From the NCBI RefSeq assembly GCF_964355755.1, contig NC_092678.1, forward strand, positions 2,682,422 through 2,746,421: a stretch of DNA of 64,000 bases, written 5' to 3'. The position numbers and the translations under genes were made by a program. Below the pieces are notes generated by a model. It was given only the letters and a program-made list of their open reading frames with translations. It did no database searches and was not told the DNA's origin. This DNA is from Antedon mediterranea. Lineage: Eukaryota; Animalia; Echinodermata. Positions 1 to 11,424 of this stretch are shown here, piece by piece; the first letter of the stretch is position 1; every line of letters begins with the position of its first letter.

Positions 1-311
1 GGTAAATTTTAGGCCCACTCACTAAATAAATAACTGAAGTCTGACAAGAGGACTGTGCCTGTCTGTAGCCTATGTGGCCTACTCTGACCGAGTGAATGAT
101 AGCTAGGCTAGGCTAGGCCTAGGCTTACTAGCGCCGGCCTAGCCTACAGAATATCTAGTACTTATTAGTGGCATAGCATCAGTCAGAAGTCATCTACTAC
201 TAGGCCTAAGCTTAGGCCCTACTAGTCTTACGCATACCCAGCCTAAACAATTTAATTCACAATAATCTTACATTTTGACAGTCTTTGACTTTTGTTTGTT
301 TTTTAACAAAG

Positions 312-476
312 AAAATCCAAAAGAATTTATGATACAAGAGATAAAACAATTAAAAGAAGCAAGAACAACCCAGATGGACTACCCATGTTTATTTGATGAC
401 AGTAACATCATGTCGGTGTATGGCATGCTGGACCCAACAAAAAAGGGTTTCATCACTCTTACACAGTATAAAGAAG
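312..476 (+). CDS. EFCAB10: EF-hand calcium-binding domain protein 10-like, internal coding exon ((E)NPKEFMIQEIKQLKEARTTQMDYPCLFDDSNIMSVYGMLDPTKKGFITLTQYKE)
   Basis: Acceptor ...aacaaag|312 and donor gaag|gtaagg at 477. The peptide has an EF-hand-like loop DPTKKGFITLTQY and resembles vertebrate EFCAB10 as recalled (PEKPREYL...FMDNSNIVAMFEMMD...GTISFVQYKE). The window starts G|GTAAAT, a donor at position 2 whose phase fits G+AA=Glu. Confidence 0.88.
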
Positions 477-581
477 GTAAGGTATTTTATTAGTTAGGCA
501 CCACATTTTAAAGTTGAAAGAAGAAATGCTCTCTTAACCTTTGACCCTTTTCTTTATTCCTAAAAATTTGATTTGTTTCAG

Positions 582-672
582 CATTGACTGCTTTAGGATG
601 CAAGACCTTTGACCCGTGTCCTGTTGGTATGGAATTTGATCGCATCTCTCAAGATACCTTTACAAGAGAAGC
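582..672 (+). CDS. EFCAB10: EFCAB10-like coding exon (ALTALGCKTFDPCPVGMEFDRISQDTFTRE)
   Basis: Acceptor tttgtttcag|582 and donor gc|gtaagt at 673. The frame continues from the previous exon (G+CA=Ala) and matches the 'ALKTLGL...ITLDKF' segment of the family. Confidence 0.85.
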
Positions 673-746
673 GTAAGTATATTTAACAAGGAAGTAATCT
701 ACATTAAACTGCTGTTATAATTTGGTTATAACTTAAGCAGTACTAA

Positions 747-1082
747 TGCACTTGTCAATTGTATGACCCACTATACGACCCCCGGGAGAGGTGCGTCATT
801 TGTCCGATGTGCGTCATACTTTTGAATACCATGACGCACCCGTGCATCAAAAAGGTGACTTACCTTTAGGTGACCATGGCGCACCTATTTTGACGCACTG
901 TGACCATGTTGTTTATATGGTGGGTGGTAAAGTGACGGACATTGACACACCTTGTTCATTGATGTGACGTACCATCTAGGTTTTTTTGACGCACCCCTGT
1001 GTCAGTAATTATTTGTAAATGACGCACCCATGACGCACCTCTCCCGGGGGTCGTATAGTGGGTCATACAATTGACAAGTGCA
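747..1082. mobile_element. MITE with perfect 53-bp TIRs in an EFCAB10 intron, probable TAA TSD (PIF/Harbinger-like)
   Basis: 747-799 is the exact reverse complement of 1030-1082; TAA at 744-746 and 1083-1085; interior built from TGACGCACC repeats. Confidence 0.85.
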
Positions 1083-1144
1083 TAAAAGTATGATGATATC
1101 AAATTATAATTATTATACTTATATTCTTTTTTTTTTCATACTAG

Positions 1145-1190
1145 GAAAATGGGATTAAAGAGATCATCAGCTACAGTTGCACCTTTGTAA
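1145..1190 (+). CDS. EFCAB10: EFCAB10-like last coding exon ((A)KMGLKRSSATVAPL*)
   Basis: Poly-T tract then ctag|1145; phase fits GC+G=Ala; stop TAA at 1188-1190. Confidence 0.8.
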
Positions 1191-1210
1191 TTTTATATTT
1201 AAAACTTAGA

Positions 1211-1323
1211 CTTGGCACTCCATACTTAACAATACTTGTCACTCCATACTTAACAATATATGGCACTCCATACTTAACAATACTTGGTACTCAATACTTA
1301 ACAATACTCGGTACTCCATACTT
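1211..1323 (+). repeat. 24-bp minisatellite (CTTGGCACTCCATACTTAACAATA, ~4.7 units) in the EFCAB10 3' UTR
   Basis: Units start at 1211, 1235, 1259, 1283 and 1307, with 1-2 substitutions each. Confidence 0.92.
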
Positions 1324-1464
1324 TGTGAAGCAAAGAGAATTGTAGGAAATATCACTGCTAAATCTTATTTGCTGATTTGTAATGCCAGAAAATGTAATAA
1401 TAATAATTTATTATGAAATATGTCACTCTCGGCCTGAAAATAATGTAATATATTTGTTTTTGTA

Positions 1465-1470
1465 AATAAA
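1465..1470 (+). terminator. Probable polyadenylation signal of the EFCAB10-like gene
   Basis: AATAAA ~275 nt after the stop codon, followed by a T/GT-rich downstream element (tagttttgtatttttt). Confidence 0.55.
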
Positions 1471-2419
1471 ATATTATTGAATCTTTAGTTTTGTATTTTT
1501 TAACATGTATCCACATGACTAAAACTGCTATATATATTCAGGGGCAGGTTGATGCTTTTTTTAATGTTTCAATAGGAAATATTCTATTTATTCTATAAGG
1601 AATTTTTTTTTGCAAAATAATCCTTATATAATGGTGTACTGTAATTATAGACAAGGGAACACATTTTCTCTACACTGTGTTTTGGTTTTGGTTTGAGATA
1701 TATTCTTTGCGATCTAGCCTTCGGCTATAATATAACATTTTTGGTTTTATGACAATTAAAATAATTGTCATAGCGCCCTCTATTTATGAACACAGCACAG
1801 TTATATGGACGGTGCATTGTAAAGTGGACAAAACATTTCCCTTGGGAAAATAAAGTCTAATACATACTTTATACATGCAGTTAGTAATGTGGAATTATTG
1901 TTAATAAATTATAATGAAAGCCACTTGTGTTTTTAATATAATATTACAGAAGAAATACACAAATTGCATTCCCCAGATATTAATTATATGATCAATAAAA
2001 TATTACTACAGTAGTATGTATGAAATAAAGTACAGGGGTTGATTACTATATACAATAACTCGCATGAAATAGTGTACAAAATTATAAGTGTACCAAATTT
2101 GAAATGCATAATAAAATTTTATATTTATTATTTAATGAATTTCTAAAAATGTCACCTGTTTTTTTCTCTATGAATAAATTTTGCTGGCAGAATAATATGA
2201 AGAAGAAACATACATTTATTTACTGCAACAGATAGAATACAAACTGAAACAAGATATATTATCTACTGTTTGTATATTAATACATTACAAGAATTTCAGA
2301 AGTATTTTGAAAAAAATGTTACAAATTTAAGAGGATTTTAAATTCATATTTATATAATTTGTAGTACATACAATAAATGAATAAACATTCATTAAAAATC
2401 GCAAGATATGATGAAAAAG

Positions 2420-2600
2420 ATTATAGATAGCCCGCCCTCAAGTCTAATTTTGTTAATGGACTTTTGCACGGTGGAGAGAGAAGAGCGACAGACACAGACG
2501 AAGAAACCAGACTTTTGACCAGCTTGCATTTTATATTCTGCCTTCAAAGTACGAAAGAGTTTACTGTTATTGGTGGTGATAAAAGCCTAAATAATAATTG
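2420..2600 (+). promoter_or_regulatory. Putative promoter and non-coding first exon of the dystroglycan gene
   Basis: GC box (CCGCCC, ~2432); locally CpG/GC-richer sequence at 2430-2770; strong donor TTG|GTAAGA at 2601; TAGGCC/TAGCC cluster downstream as in the EFCAB10 intron at 2-311. I found no coding exon between here and the DAG1 ATG exon. The start position is approximate. Confidence 0.55.
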
Positions 2601-4035
2601 GTAAGATTTATCATTATTTTTGCTACTAACTTTTGTGTAATTCTTTCTTGTAGCTAGGCCGTCGTCGTGTCGCAGTGTGGAAACTCAAGCAGCAGGCAGG
2701 GAGGGGACTAACCGCTGGGTGGGTGGGGATCACCTTCCATCATACGGGTACTACAGCCTAGGGCCTAGGTCTCTGCTTTTGTTTCATATGACATTGAAAC
2801 AGCATTGAATTGGATATTTTTTGCATGTCTATAGTAATTTGAGTTAATAATTAATAAAATGATGACGATGGTGAATAAATTATAATAATAAAGACGTTAA
2901 TTACAATACATTACAAAAATACAAGTTCACCAAAATGATCAGACAACACTACTATCTAATCATGTTTACAACTGTTCTTTACCTATCTTAAAGTATTACC
3001 CAGTCGATAGCAGAACGTTTATTTTTCTATTAATGTGGTAAATAAAAGATATATTTCAAGATTAAGGTCCGTAAAATTTTTAATTATACAAACACCTGTT
3101 TACGTATCCTGATGTTCTATTAGCAAATGTTTTACTAATGATGCTTACACAAGGCAGTCCATGGTACAATAGGGCATTTACATCCTGGATTGCCTTGTTG
3201 ATTGCCTTGTTGTACCATGGTTGTACAGTACAACAATGCACACTCTAGTACCACCATGCCCCAACACCATTTATTTATAGTTCAAAAAAAATTATTTAAT
3301 GATGTAATCATGCTAGCAGTGATTCAAGCTGCGTGTAAAGGTTAGTAAAATCGAGCAAAAAAAAAATATATATAGTTAAAACTATATAGTAAAGACTAGG
3401 CTTAGTGATCTGCAAAAACCATCTGCTAATGTTATTGTTTTTGTCATGCTTGACTGCCTTGTATGCTTTAAGCACATGCTTACATTGAGGGCTAGCTTAA
3501 GTGATATATCTTGAATACTATTATGTTGTATTCATAACATACATTTGCTTTATTCCATGTAACAAATCTATTTTAGTTTGGGGCTCACATGTATTGGTAA
3601 AACTACCTTTGTAAATCTCTTAATTAAATATTACCTGTAAATTGGACCCCAGGAATGTTTTGTATACCAAACTATAAAGACTGTATTATCAAATTCCAGA
3701 TTCTGTTCCTTTATAATATTCACGATACAAAAGAGGGGCTATTTTTAAAATTCTTGAATAAAAAATTTTCTACCCCAGCAAACATGTGTTCATAAAAACA
3801 CACACAGACCGAACCCAATGTGAGAAGTGCTATAGTACTGTGTAATGGGGCGTAAGAATCTTCTGATTGGCGTGTGGTTTTTAGTATCACACCTCTGTAT
3901 TGCTAAGATCTGGAATAATTTCCACAGCTTGAGGTTCTATCAATTCAAATTCATAATATTAAAAGGTACTTTTACCTACTAAAGATATGTTTTGTTGTGA
4001 CACAATTACGAATTACCCTACCTAGTCCCTTGCTA

Positions 4036-4216
4036 AAGCGTGGTTCCCACTAGAACGTAACGCAAGGACGTAAACTCAACGCAAGCGTTTTAACCAATGA
4101 CAAGCGAAGTTATAGACAGTTAGCAATCACAAGCGAATAAGCCATCGCTTGTGATTGGTCAATTCAGTTGCGTTGCGTTACGTCCTTGCGTTGCGCCGCT
4201 AGTGGGAACCACGCTT
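4036..4216. mobile_element. Palindromic MITE (TIR AAGCGTGGTTCCCACTAG)
   Basis: TAAAGCGTGGTTCCCACTAG at 4034 mirrors CTAGTGGGAACCACGCTTTA ending at 4218; the interior is also largely self-complementary. Decayed relatives lie near 24785-24930 and 34310-34410. Confidence 0.82.
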
Positions 4217-7200
4217 TAAGGAGAAACATGTACATGTAAAAATTTATATTATTATTTTATCACATTACGGTACCTGTAAATTGTAATGTAATAGTTCAAT
4301 AATGCTATACTGTACTGTACAGTTGAGTATAGCTATTCAATGCTACTGTATGACCAATCACCCGCTCCTTAGGTTTTTACTGTATGCAGTACACTATACA
4401 ATCAACAATTAACTTAAAATCCCTTGAGTCTGGTTTGCTACTGTAATTCAAATTCTAATATTTCAACTTCTTCTTTATCCTTGATGTCGTCGGTCTTAAA
4501 CATTTCTTGAGGTACATTAGTCAAGACAGCTGATTATGTCTTGCTTGTTCAGGCGTAGCATCAAAGCAATCAAAATAACATGTGACTTCTTATTGCATGA
4601 AAATGTCTATTAAATGAGTCACATTGCATGTGCATATTTTACCTATATTGCAGAAAAATAATACAGTAGTAATATTGAATAGTCTTGTTCAATTCAAGGT
4701 AATTCATTCAGCACTGAACAGTACATGTAGATACCATCTTGTTAAATCGTTGCACTGAAAAATGCAATTTACTCCACAATGAAAATTATACATCAAATAA
4801 TATACCCCTTGTTTGGTAGTGTTTACCTTTATTTCCTATTAGTACCACCAGTAGGCCTAGAGTCCATTGCTTCATTTTAAATTAGATGCCTCCTTTGCTA
4901 TTGCTCAACCCCCCAGGGTTAATTGTTGTGGTCGTGAACCTACTAGCAATGCCATTTTATGGTAAAGTCATCATGTTGTTTACTCAATATTGGTTAATGG
5001 TAGTTTACTTTAGAGTGAATTCTGTGCCTACAAACAAGCATTCTAAAATTCTTATTAAGTGATTCATACAGTACAGTAGATAAAGATGGTTCACATTAAC
5101 TTATATCCAGTAAACTAAATCAAAATCGTTGGGTTTAATGCACTGTCTTTATGTTTTTTGGTGGCGCCATTCTTTTTCGAAACCATTGAATGTGGATCAA
5201 CATTCCTCGTCTGTACCCAACAAGTTACCATGTTTTATTTCTTTGTTCATGTCTGATTTGTCAGCGTACATAGATTATGCAAATCTTGTAATTTGCATAA
5301 TTGATCACTTTATCAAATTAAAAATTTAATTATTGGTTTGTGCATGTTACGGACTAACCACCATTAATTTTCTTAGCAATTAGGTTCCAAGATCTTTCTG
5401 TCTGCATGATTAGAGCTGTTGAAAATATTTAATTTTGATTATTAAATGTGTTGGCGTACAGTATGATATTAATAATGGTTCAGGGTACTGATAATGTTGA
5501 ATGTAATTTTTCTTTCACATGATGTTAGTACACTACCCGAAAAGTTGGCATTTTGGTAGGCCCAAACCGATAATAAAATAAATATATTCTGTAGTTTAGT
5601 GAGACTAGAAAGAACTTACAGAATGGACCATTTTCTAGCAAAGCTATTTGGTTTTCTCCATTTTGCCGTTGGTAAATTCAAGTGGTTATCGATCAGGTTG
5701 TACTGTTCCCTCTTCTTTTGATATCAGCCTATTAATATTCTAAAGGCTCCTCAGTTTAGCAAATATACAATTAAATGAAAATTGGTATGTTTTTTTGGAC
5801 GCAAATAAAATGGGTGTTTCATTGGTGAAAATCAATTTAAAATAACAGTACATACTGTAGTGTATGTATCGTGTTTATAAACGTTGAAAAAGTCCTTTCC
5901 ATAGTTTGAACCTAGGGTCTTAAGATTTGAAGGCAATCATTATAAATGAGCTGTAACACTTAATAAATAACTAAATGAAGCCTTGAAATCATAACCAACC
6001 TTTGCTTAGTAAAATCAATACTCACAATGCATAATGAATGAATCCATTCCACATTTTGTGCATAGCGGAAAATGATTTGGACTATAAGATAATTCTGAAG
6101 AGAACAAGGATTCCCATAGGAATATGACGATGCTTCTTAACGGAATTATAATGCTAACCAGTCACGAAAATGTCGTTAAGTTTATTACAAACATGTTTAA
6201 AAATATCATTCTTGTTATGATGTGAGTTGTGTTGATAGCTTCAGTATGTCTTTAGCCAATCATTGCTTTATCCTGCTATGAGAGTGAATCTTTGGATTTT
6301 ATATATTATTTTTTTTTTGGCAAATTTTTAATTAAAATGATTTTAACCGGAGATAAAGTATTGAATTATTGTTGTGGTACAACATTTCCCGCCCCTCTCC
6401 CTACCTCCCTGTTTAGGAATGGTTGGTAGATGAAAGAAGGATTCGGTATTTAAAGATTAATCTGCGAGTAGCATGGCTAGTAACCATATACCGTTCCGTT
6501 AATTATCCGGATTGTATTTTGTCAAGTTTAATCCAAAAGGAAGGTTTGCTATTCATGAAACAGGACTGTTAAACCTAGGTCCGTTATTCAAATTCTGATT
6601 TAGAGTTCATAGTAAGCGTTTGTACTTTATGTTGTTCTGGAAGGAGGACACTACTGTATGGATGGAGGTTGAGATCCAAGTAGGAGCACCAAAGGCCATT
6701 TGAATCTGTCACAGAGCTTGCACCTGTGCAGTGGAGCAGAAACTTCAGCATTCAGATCCCATGAGTCAGCCAGCTTTTAAAACTGTTTTGAATAGTGTTT
6801 TCTTGAGCATCAATTAAAACAAACAAGATTATTAACTGGCTGTTTAGTGTTAACATGTGGCCTACATCGTTGATTGCCATTGGTCAATTTCGCACTTTGA
6901 TAGTGTACTTTGAGATCTTGAAATTATAGATATTTGATTTTGCTCTGTTTACATGTGTTTTCATGAGTGCTTCCAAAGTCTACCAATAATCACAGGATTT
7001 TCCCGATATTTCAAGTGAACTGCCGCCTCTTGCTAAATGTTAAATTTCTCATAATTATTTTAGAAAAAAAGAAAACCGATTGCATAAATAAACTTATCAT
7101 TCCATTCAGTCTCTGTTTTATTAGTATTTACACTCAATCCTTGTATTGCCTAAAGATGGAATATGTGATGCGAACGCACGATGCATGACTGCAAATGCTA

Positions 7201-9506
7201 CGACGCTTGCACTGCCTAGCATACCCATTGTTTATTGTACTGTAGATTGTAATACCAGATATTTCTTTTTATAGTGCCCTCTATGTTTGGTTGTGTGTTT
7301 ATCCAAAAATATACAGTAGTACTGTACCCTCTATGGTTCAGCCATTTGTTCCAAGGTGGGTCTTCTGGAGTATTGACTCATAGTATGGGTTAATACAGAT
7401 TCTTTCAAAGATTACATCTGGTTTTTATGTACAGACCAATTAGAACTATAATTATCTTGTTCTCCTTGAAATATAAACAATTTACAGGTCCATTTAGGAA
7501 GTAGATTATTTAAGGATTAAACTTAATCCAAAAGGATTAAATATTGTATAAAATGTTTAATCTATTTGAATCAAGTAGGATTAAGTGCTGAAGTAGGTGT
7601 TTTTTCTTGCTTCTGTTACCAATACCTCAAGTTTTAGATTTTGTTCAATGTAACTTTTTTGTTGTTGGCAATGATACCTGGTGAGAATATTGCCTTCCGG
7701 AGATGCCCAAATGGATTTTAAGAGGCCAAGGCGTGTAAGTATCGCCCCATCATGCTGGTTTATGGTCCTAAAGATTAGTGCAACCAAATACCCATTGCAA
7801 AGCGCAAGTGTAAATAGGGTATAAGTAATTGGCTTCATATTGTATATTTTTCCAAGTGACTCAAAATAGTTTAATTTATTTCCATTGTTCTACAGTACAT
7901 GTTCCACCTTTGTTTGACGGCAATGCATAACTACAGAAGCCATGTTTAAGGGTTGATTCAAAGACTGTACCATTTATGGAAAGGGAATTAGACTTTTCTA
8001 TTGAAGAGAATTAGGTTATTGTCAGTTTATCCAGGTACACACAGAACTACCAAAATACAGTATTACGGAAAGAAATTAAATGAATAATTACTCAGTTGGA
8101 ATTAAATTTATCTTCACTATTATAATGTTAAGTAAGCATGTAATTATTCTTTTTATTGGGCTTAAAATACAAAGACTGTTTGTTATCAAACGTAATTGTA
8201 CAAGTCCAACAAAAGATAGTCTCATTATTTAAATTGGTGTTAGCACCTTAGTGCGACTTGATTTTAGAAGATGTAATTCTACAGCTGGAGTTAAGTTGGA
8301 CCTAACACAATACACTACTGTGTTTATTTGTTCATTTTCTGCTTGAAGGAATTGATTTAATGAAAAAGATTGTATTATTTGTAGTATCTGAGGAAGACTT
8401 AGCAGCTACTTATGCAGTAGGTGAATGTACTGTTGAGGGTTCACTTAGATGACCTAAAGGAACTCCACAAAACTAGAATTATCCTAATGTCCAAAAGGAC
8501 CCTTGAAGTTTTATCCTCTATTATGGTACAATAATAAATGCTGTCAACACAATGTTTAAAAGCTAAGTGAAGTTATAGAGTGTAGTAAAAGAAAAACACT
8601 TTTTATTTTGTACTGTATAGAATCAAAGAATTTTTAAATTAAATTTAATTATGCTTAAATTTTGATGGGTAATGAATAAAACTATATGGCCCTTAATTTG
8701 TAGCAATTACTGTACTAATAAAATGTAAACTTGTTAACGCCCTCTATTTTGTTTAAACATAAAATAACTATATTTTGGTACGTCAGTACTGTAAAACATT
8801 TACTTTAAAAAAATGTATGTGCTGTTTGTAGTTTAAGGTGTAGGCGATTATACAATTAGGCGATAAATTGAAATCCACAACAGCAGCGTAAATTGTAAAA
8901 TTAAATGCATAAATGTTATTGATGCTACTGTATAGCTAAATTAGTTGGCAGAACATTGTTGTTATTAACCCTGTTCTCAGTCAGTAGTCTTGAAGTCTTT
9001 ACGGGTCAAACTACTTCTTTCTTCAAATGTCAATAGTGCCTTAACCTTTTGTTAATATTAATAAAAATTGGTTGCCAGAATATTGTTATATTTATCCGCC
9101 CTATTTTCCAGAATTTGACTTGTATCAATTCTCAAGAGTTGACTTGACCCTTGATGACTTTGGCAAGTGTTTACATTATATAAAGCCTTCATGCATAAAG
9201 TATACTCTTTGCTTATTTTAAGGTAAATAACTGTCCTGACTATCACAGTTAAAATGAGTTTATTCTTAATCCCAATGACCCACACTAAATACTGGTGGTA
9301 TATAGTAGTCATGCTAGAAATAAATGAATGAAACTTCTTCATTCACTGTGTTGGGCACCAATATGATAAAGGATGAGTAGGGAATAGCATGGGGTGTTGG
9401 TATTAATGGGAGATAGATCTACGCTTTTTATACTGTACAGTGTACATAGGACAGTTTTTAGGTTTTTCTAACTCATCTTACTGTAATAAAACACACTACA
9501 ATTGTG

Positions 9507-10569
9507 GGGTGTCACGAAACCTAAGATCACGAAAGCTAAGACCCCCTAAGACCTAAGATCACGAAAGCTAAGACCCAAGACCTAAGATTACAAATTCTAA
9601 AGATATACTACAGCTTAAAAACAATACTTGTTTATCCATACATAATTTTAAACACAGTAGGTTTCATTTATTACCATAAATATAATTTAATACCACCGCA
9701 AAACATAGATAAACTCACATTATTTTCGCCCGTTGAGTAAATGTATATTTTTTCTTTACAACAAACAAACTTGACGGGTTGTTTGTTTGTATATATTTAC
9801 TCCATTGTGTTGGTTCAGAGGATGTTTTTCTTACGCACCTGCCTTTCTTGTATTTTGACTCCAAATTTGTTGACTAACTTTATCCTGAACACCACACTTT
9901 AAAATTAGGACTTATAAAGTACTTTCAGAAGGAGAAACACATAATAACAAATAAATAAATCCTTTAAATTTATGATTTTACAGATGTGTTTCTTTGTATA
10001 CTGTAATGTAACTCCTCGAGCTCCCCATGCTCAATGTTTTTGTTTCTATGGAGCGCCAAAAGAGCAACAATAATAGTACAAGTATAAAAACAGAAAGAAA
10101 ACGAAACAAAAAAACTTCATCATCATGATTTTTTAATTAAAATTTATTTGCCAGTATTTATTTCCTCGTACTTGCATGATTATACTATTATCATTACAAT
10201 TTTAATTTTACATTGTTCCATCCACACTGTAGATGGACTCCACAGAGTTTTCAGCCCTCTATATAATTTTTGCTCTTTTGACGTTCCATATAAACAAAAA
10301 CATTTACTGTACTGTAGGCTAGTCATTTTGTGTGCGAGAAAAACGTCTGTAAAATCATCAATTTAAAAATGTATTTGTTACTTTTTATGTGATTCTTTTT
10401 CATGAAAGTGCCAATTCTAAGGTGTGGTATTCAGAATAAATGTTGGGAGTTAAAATACAAGGCAGGTGCGAAAGATAAATATTTGTAATCTTAGGTCTTG
10501 GGTCTTAGCTTTCGTGATCTTAGGTCTGAGGGGGTCTTAGCTTTCGTGGTCTTAGGTTTCGTGACACCC
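9507..10569. mobile_element. Non-autonomous Mutator-like DNA transposon, copy 1
   Basis: ~89-bp TIRs starting GGGTGTCACG and built from short CTAAGA repeats; exact 10-bp TSD TACAATTGTG at 9497-9506 and 10570-10579. Long TIRs with a 9-11 bp TSD are characteristic of Mutator/MULE. Confidence 0.88.
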
Positions 10570-11424
10570 TACAATTGTGTGTGTGTCTTGGTAACAATAG
10601 ACCTTTTGTAAGTTTCTTTATAAATTGGATGAAGGTTCCTTTATTTATGTAAACAAAGAAGGTGTTATCTAAGATAAATTTCGAAGACCTTTACTGATAC
10701 ATTAAATAAATAGAATCTGTGGGCTGTCTTTTAGCATAGACAGCATTTATTAGGTAGACCCAAATACTCGTCAAATCTAGTAACCCCAAACTTTACCCTC
10801 CCCAATCAGATAAACCCATAAAACCCATAATACTTGTTCATATTTAAAAAAAAAACCTTTGTTGAATAAACAAAAAGTTTGCGATTGGTGGTTTTTCTCT
10901 AAGTGCTGTATTTGTTATTTAAAAATAGATGGAATTCTAAGAGTCAATGCTGTAAAAACCCTGGTAAGATATTAAGTATACAGAGATTTTAAACACAATA
11001 GATTTACTACCCAGTTTGACTTGAATAGACGTCAGGAATTGTAGATAGGTTAATTGTAGTGGTTTATGAAATGATCCTACGTAACATAGTAAAACCAGTC
11101 AATAGTAACGAGGGGTTTAACTTTTTAGAATACAAACAAATTAAAAAGCTTTTATTGGTCTTGTTTATCAACAAAACAAAAAGAGCAAAAAGTATAGGTG
11201 ATAATATCTAGCTACCAGTGGGTTATTACATGATTTCTTGGTTGCTTTTTTAATGTTCAAGGAAAAAAAATTGTCATCAGGCCTACAGTAGTGTCATCAT
11301 ACACATAAGGTGCTGTATTTACTGAATGATCCTATGGTACTTGCCAAATATTGTCGTATGCACCTATAACTCATCTCTTCCACTTTCACCTAAGCCTACA
11401 CTACACAATATGGTAACTTTACAA

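Noticed and set aside
275-493. 72-aa ORF as a complete protein
   Set aside because: Only 312-476 is exon; the flanks are intronic splice-site sequence.
3140-3470. Short inverted repeats (CCATGGTACAA/TTGTACCATGG; CAAGGCAGTC/GACTGCCTTG) as a structured ncRNA
   Set aside because: Arms are short and degenerate; more likely a decayed palindromic MITE, with undefined boundaries.
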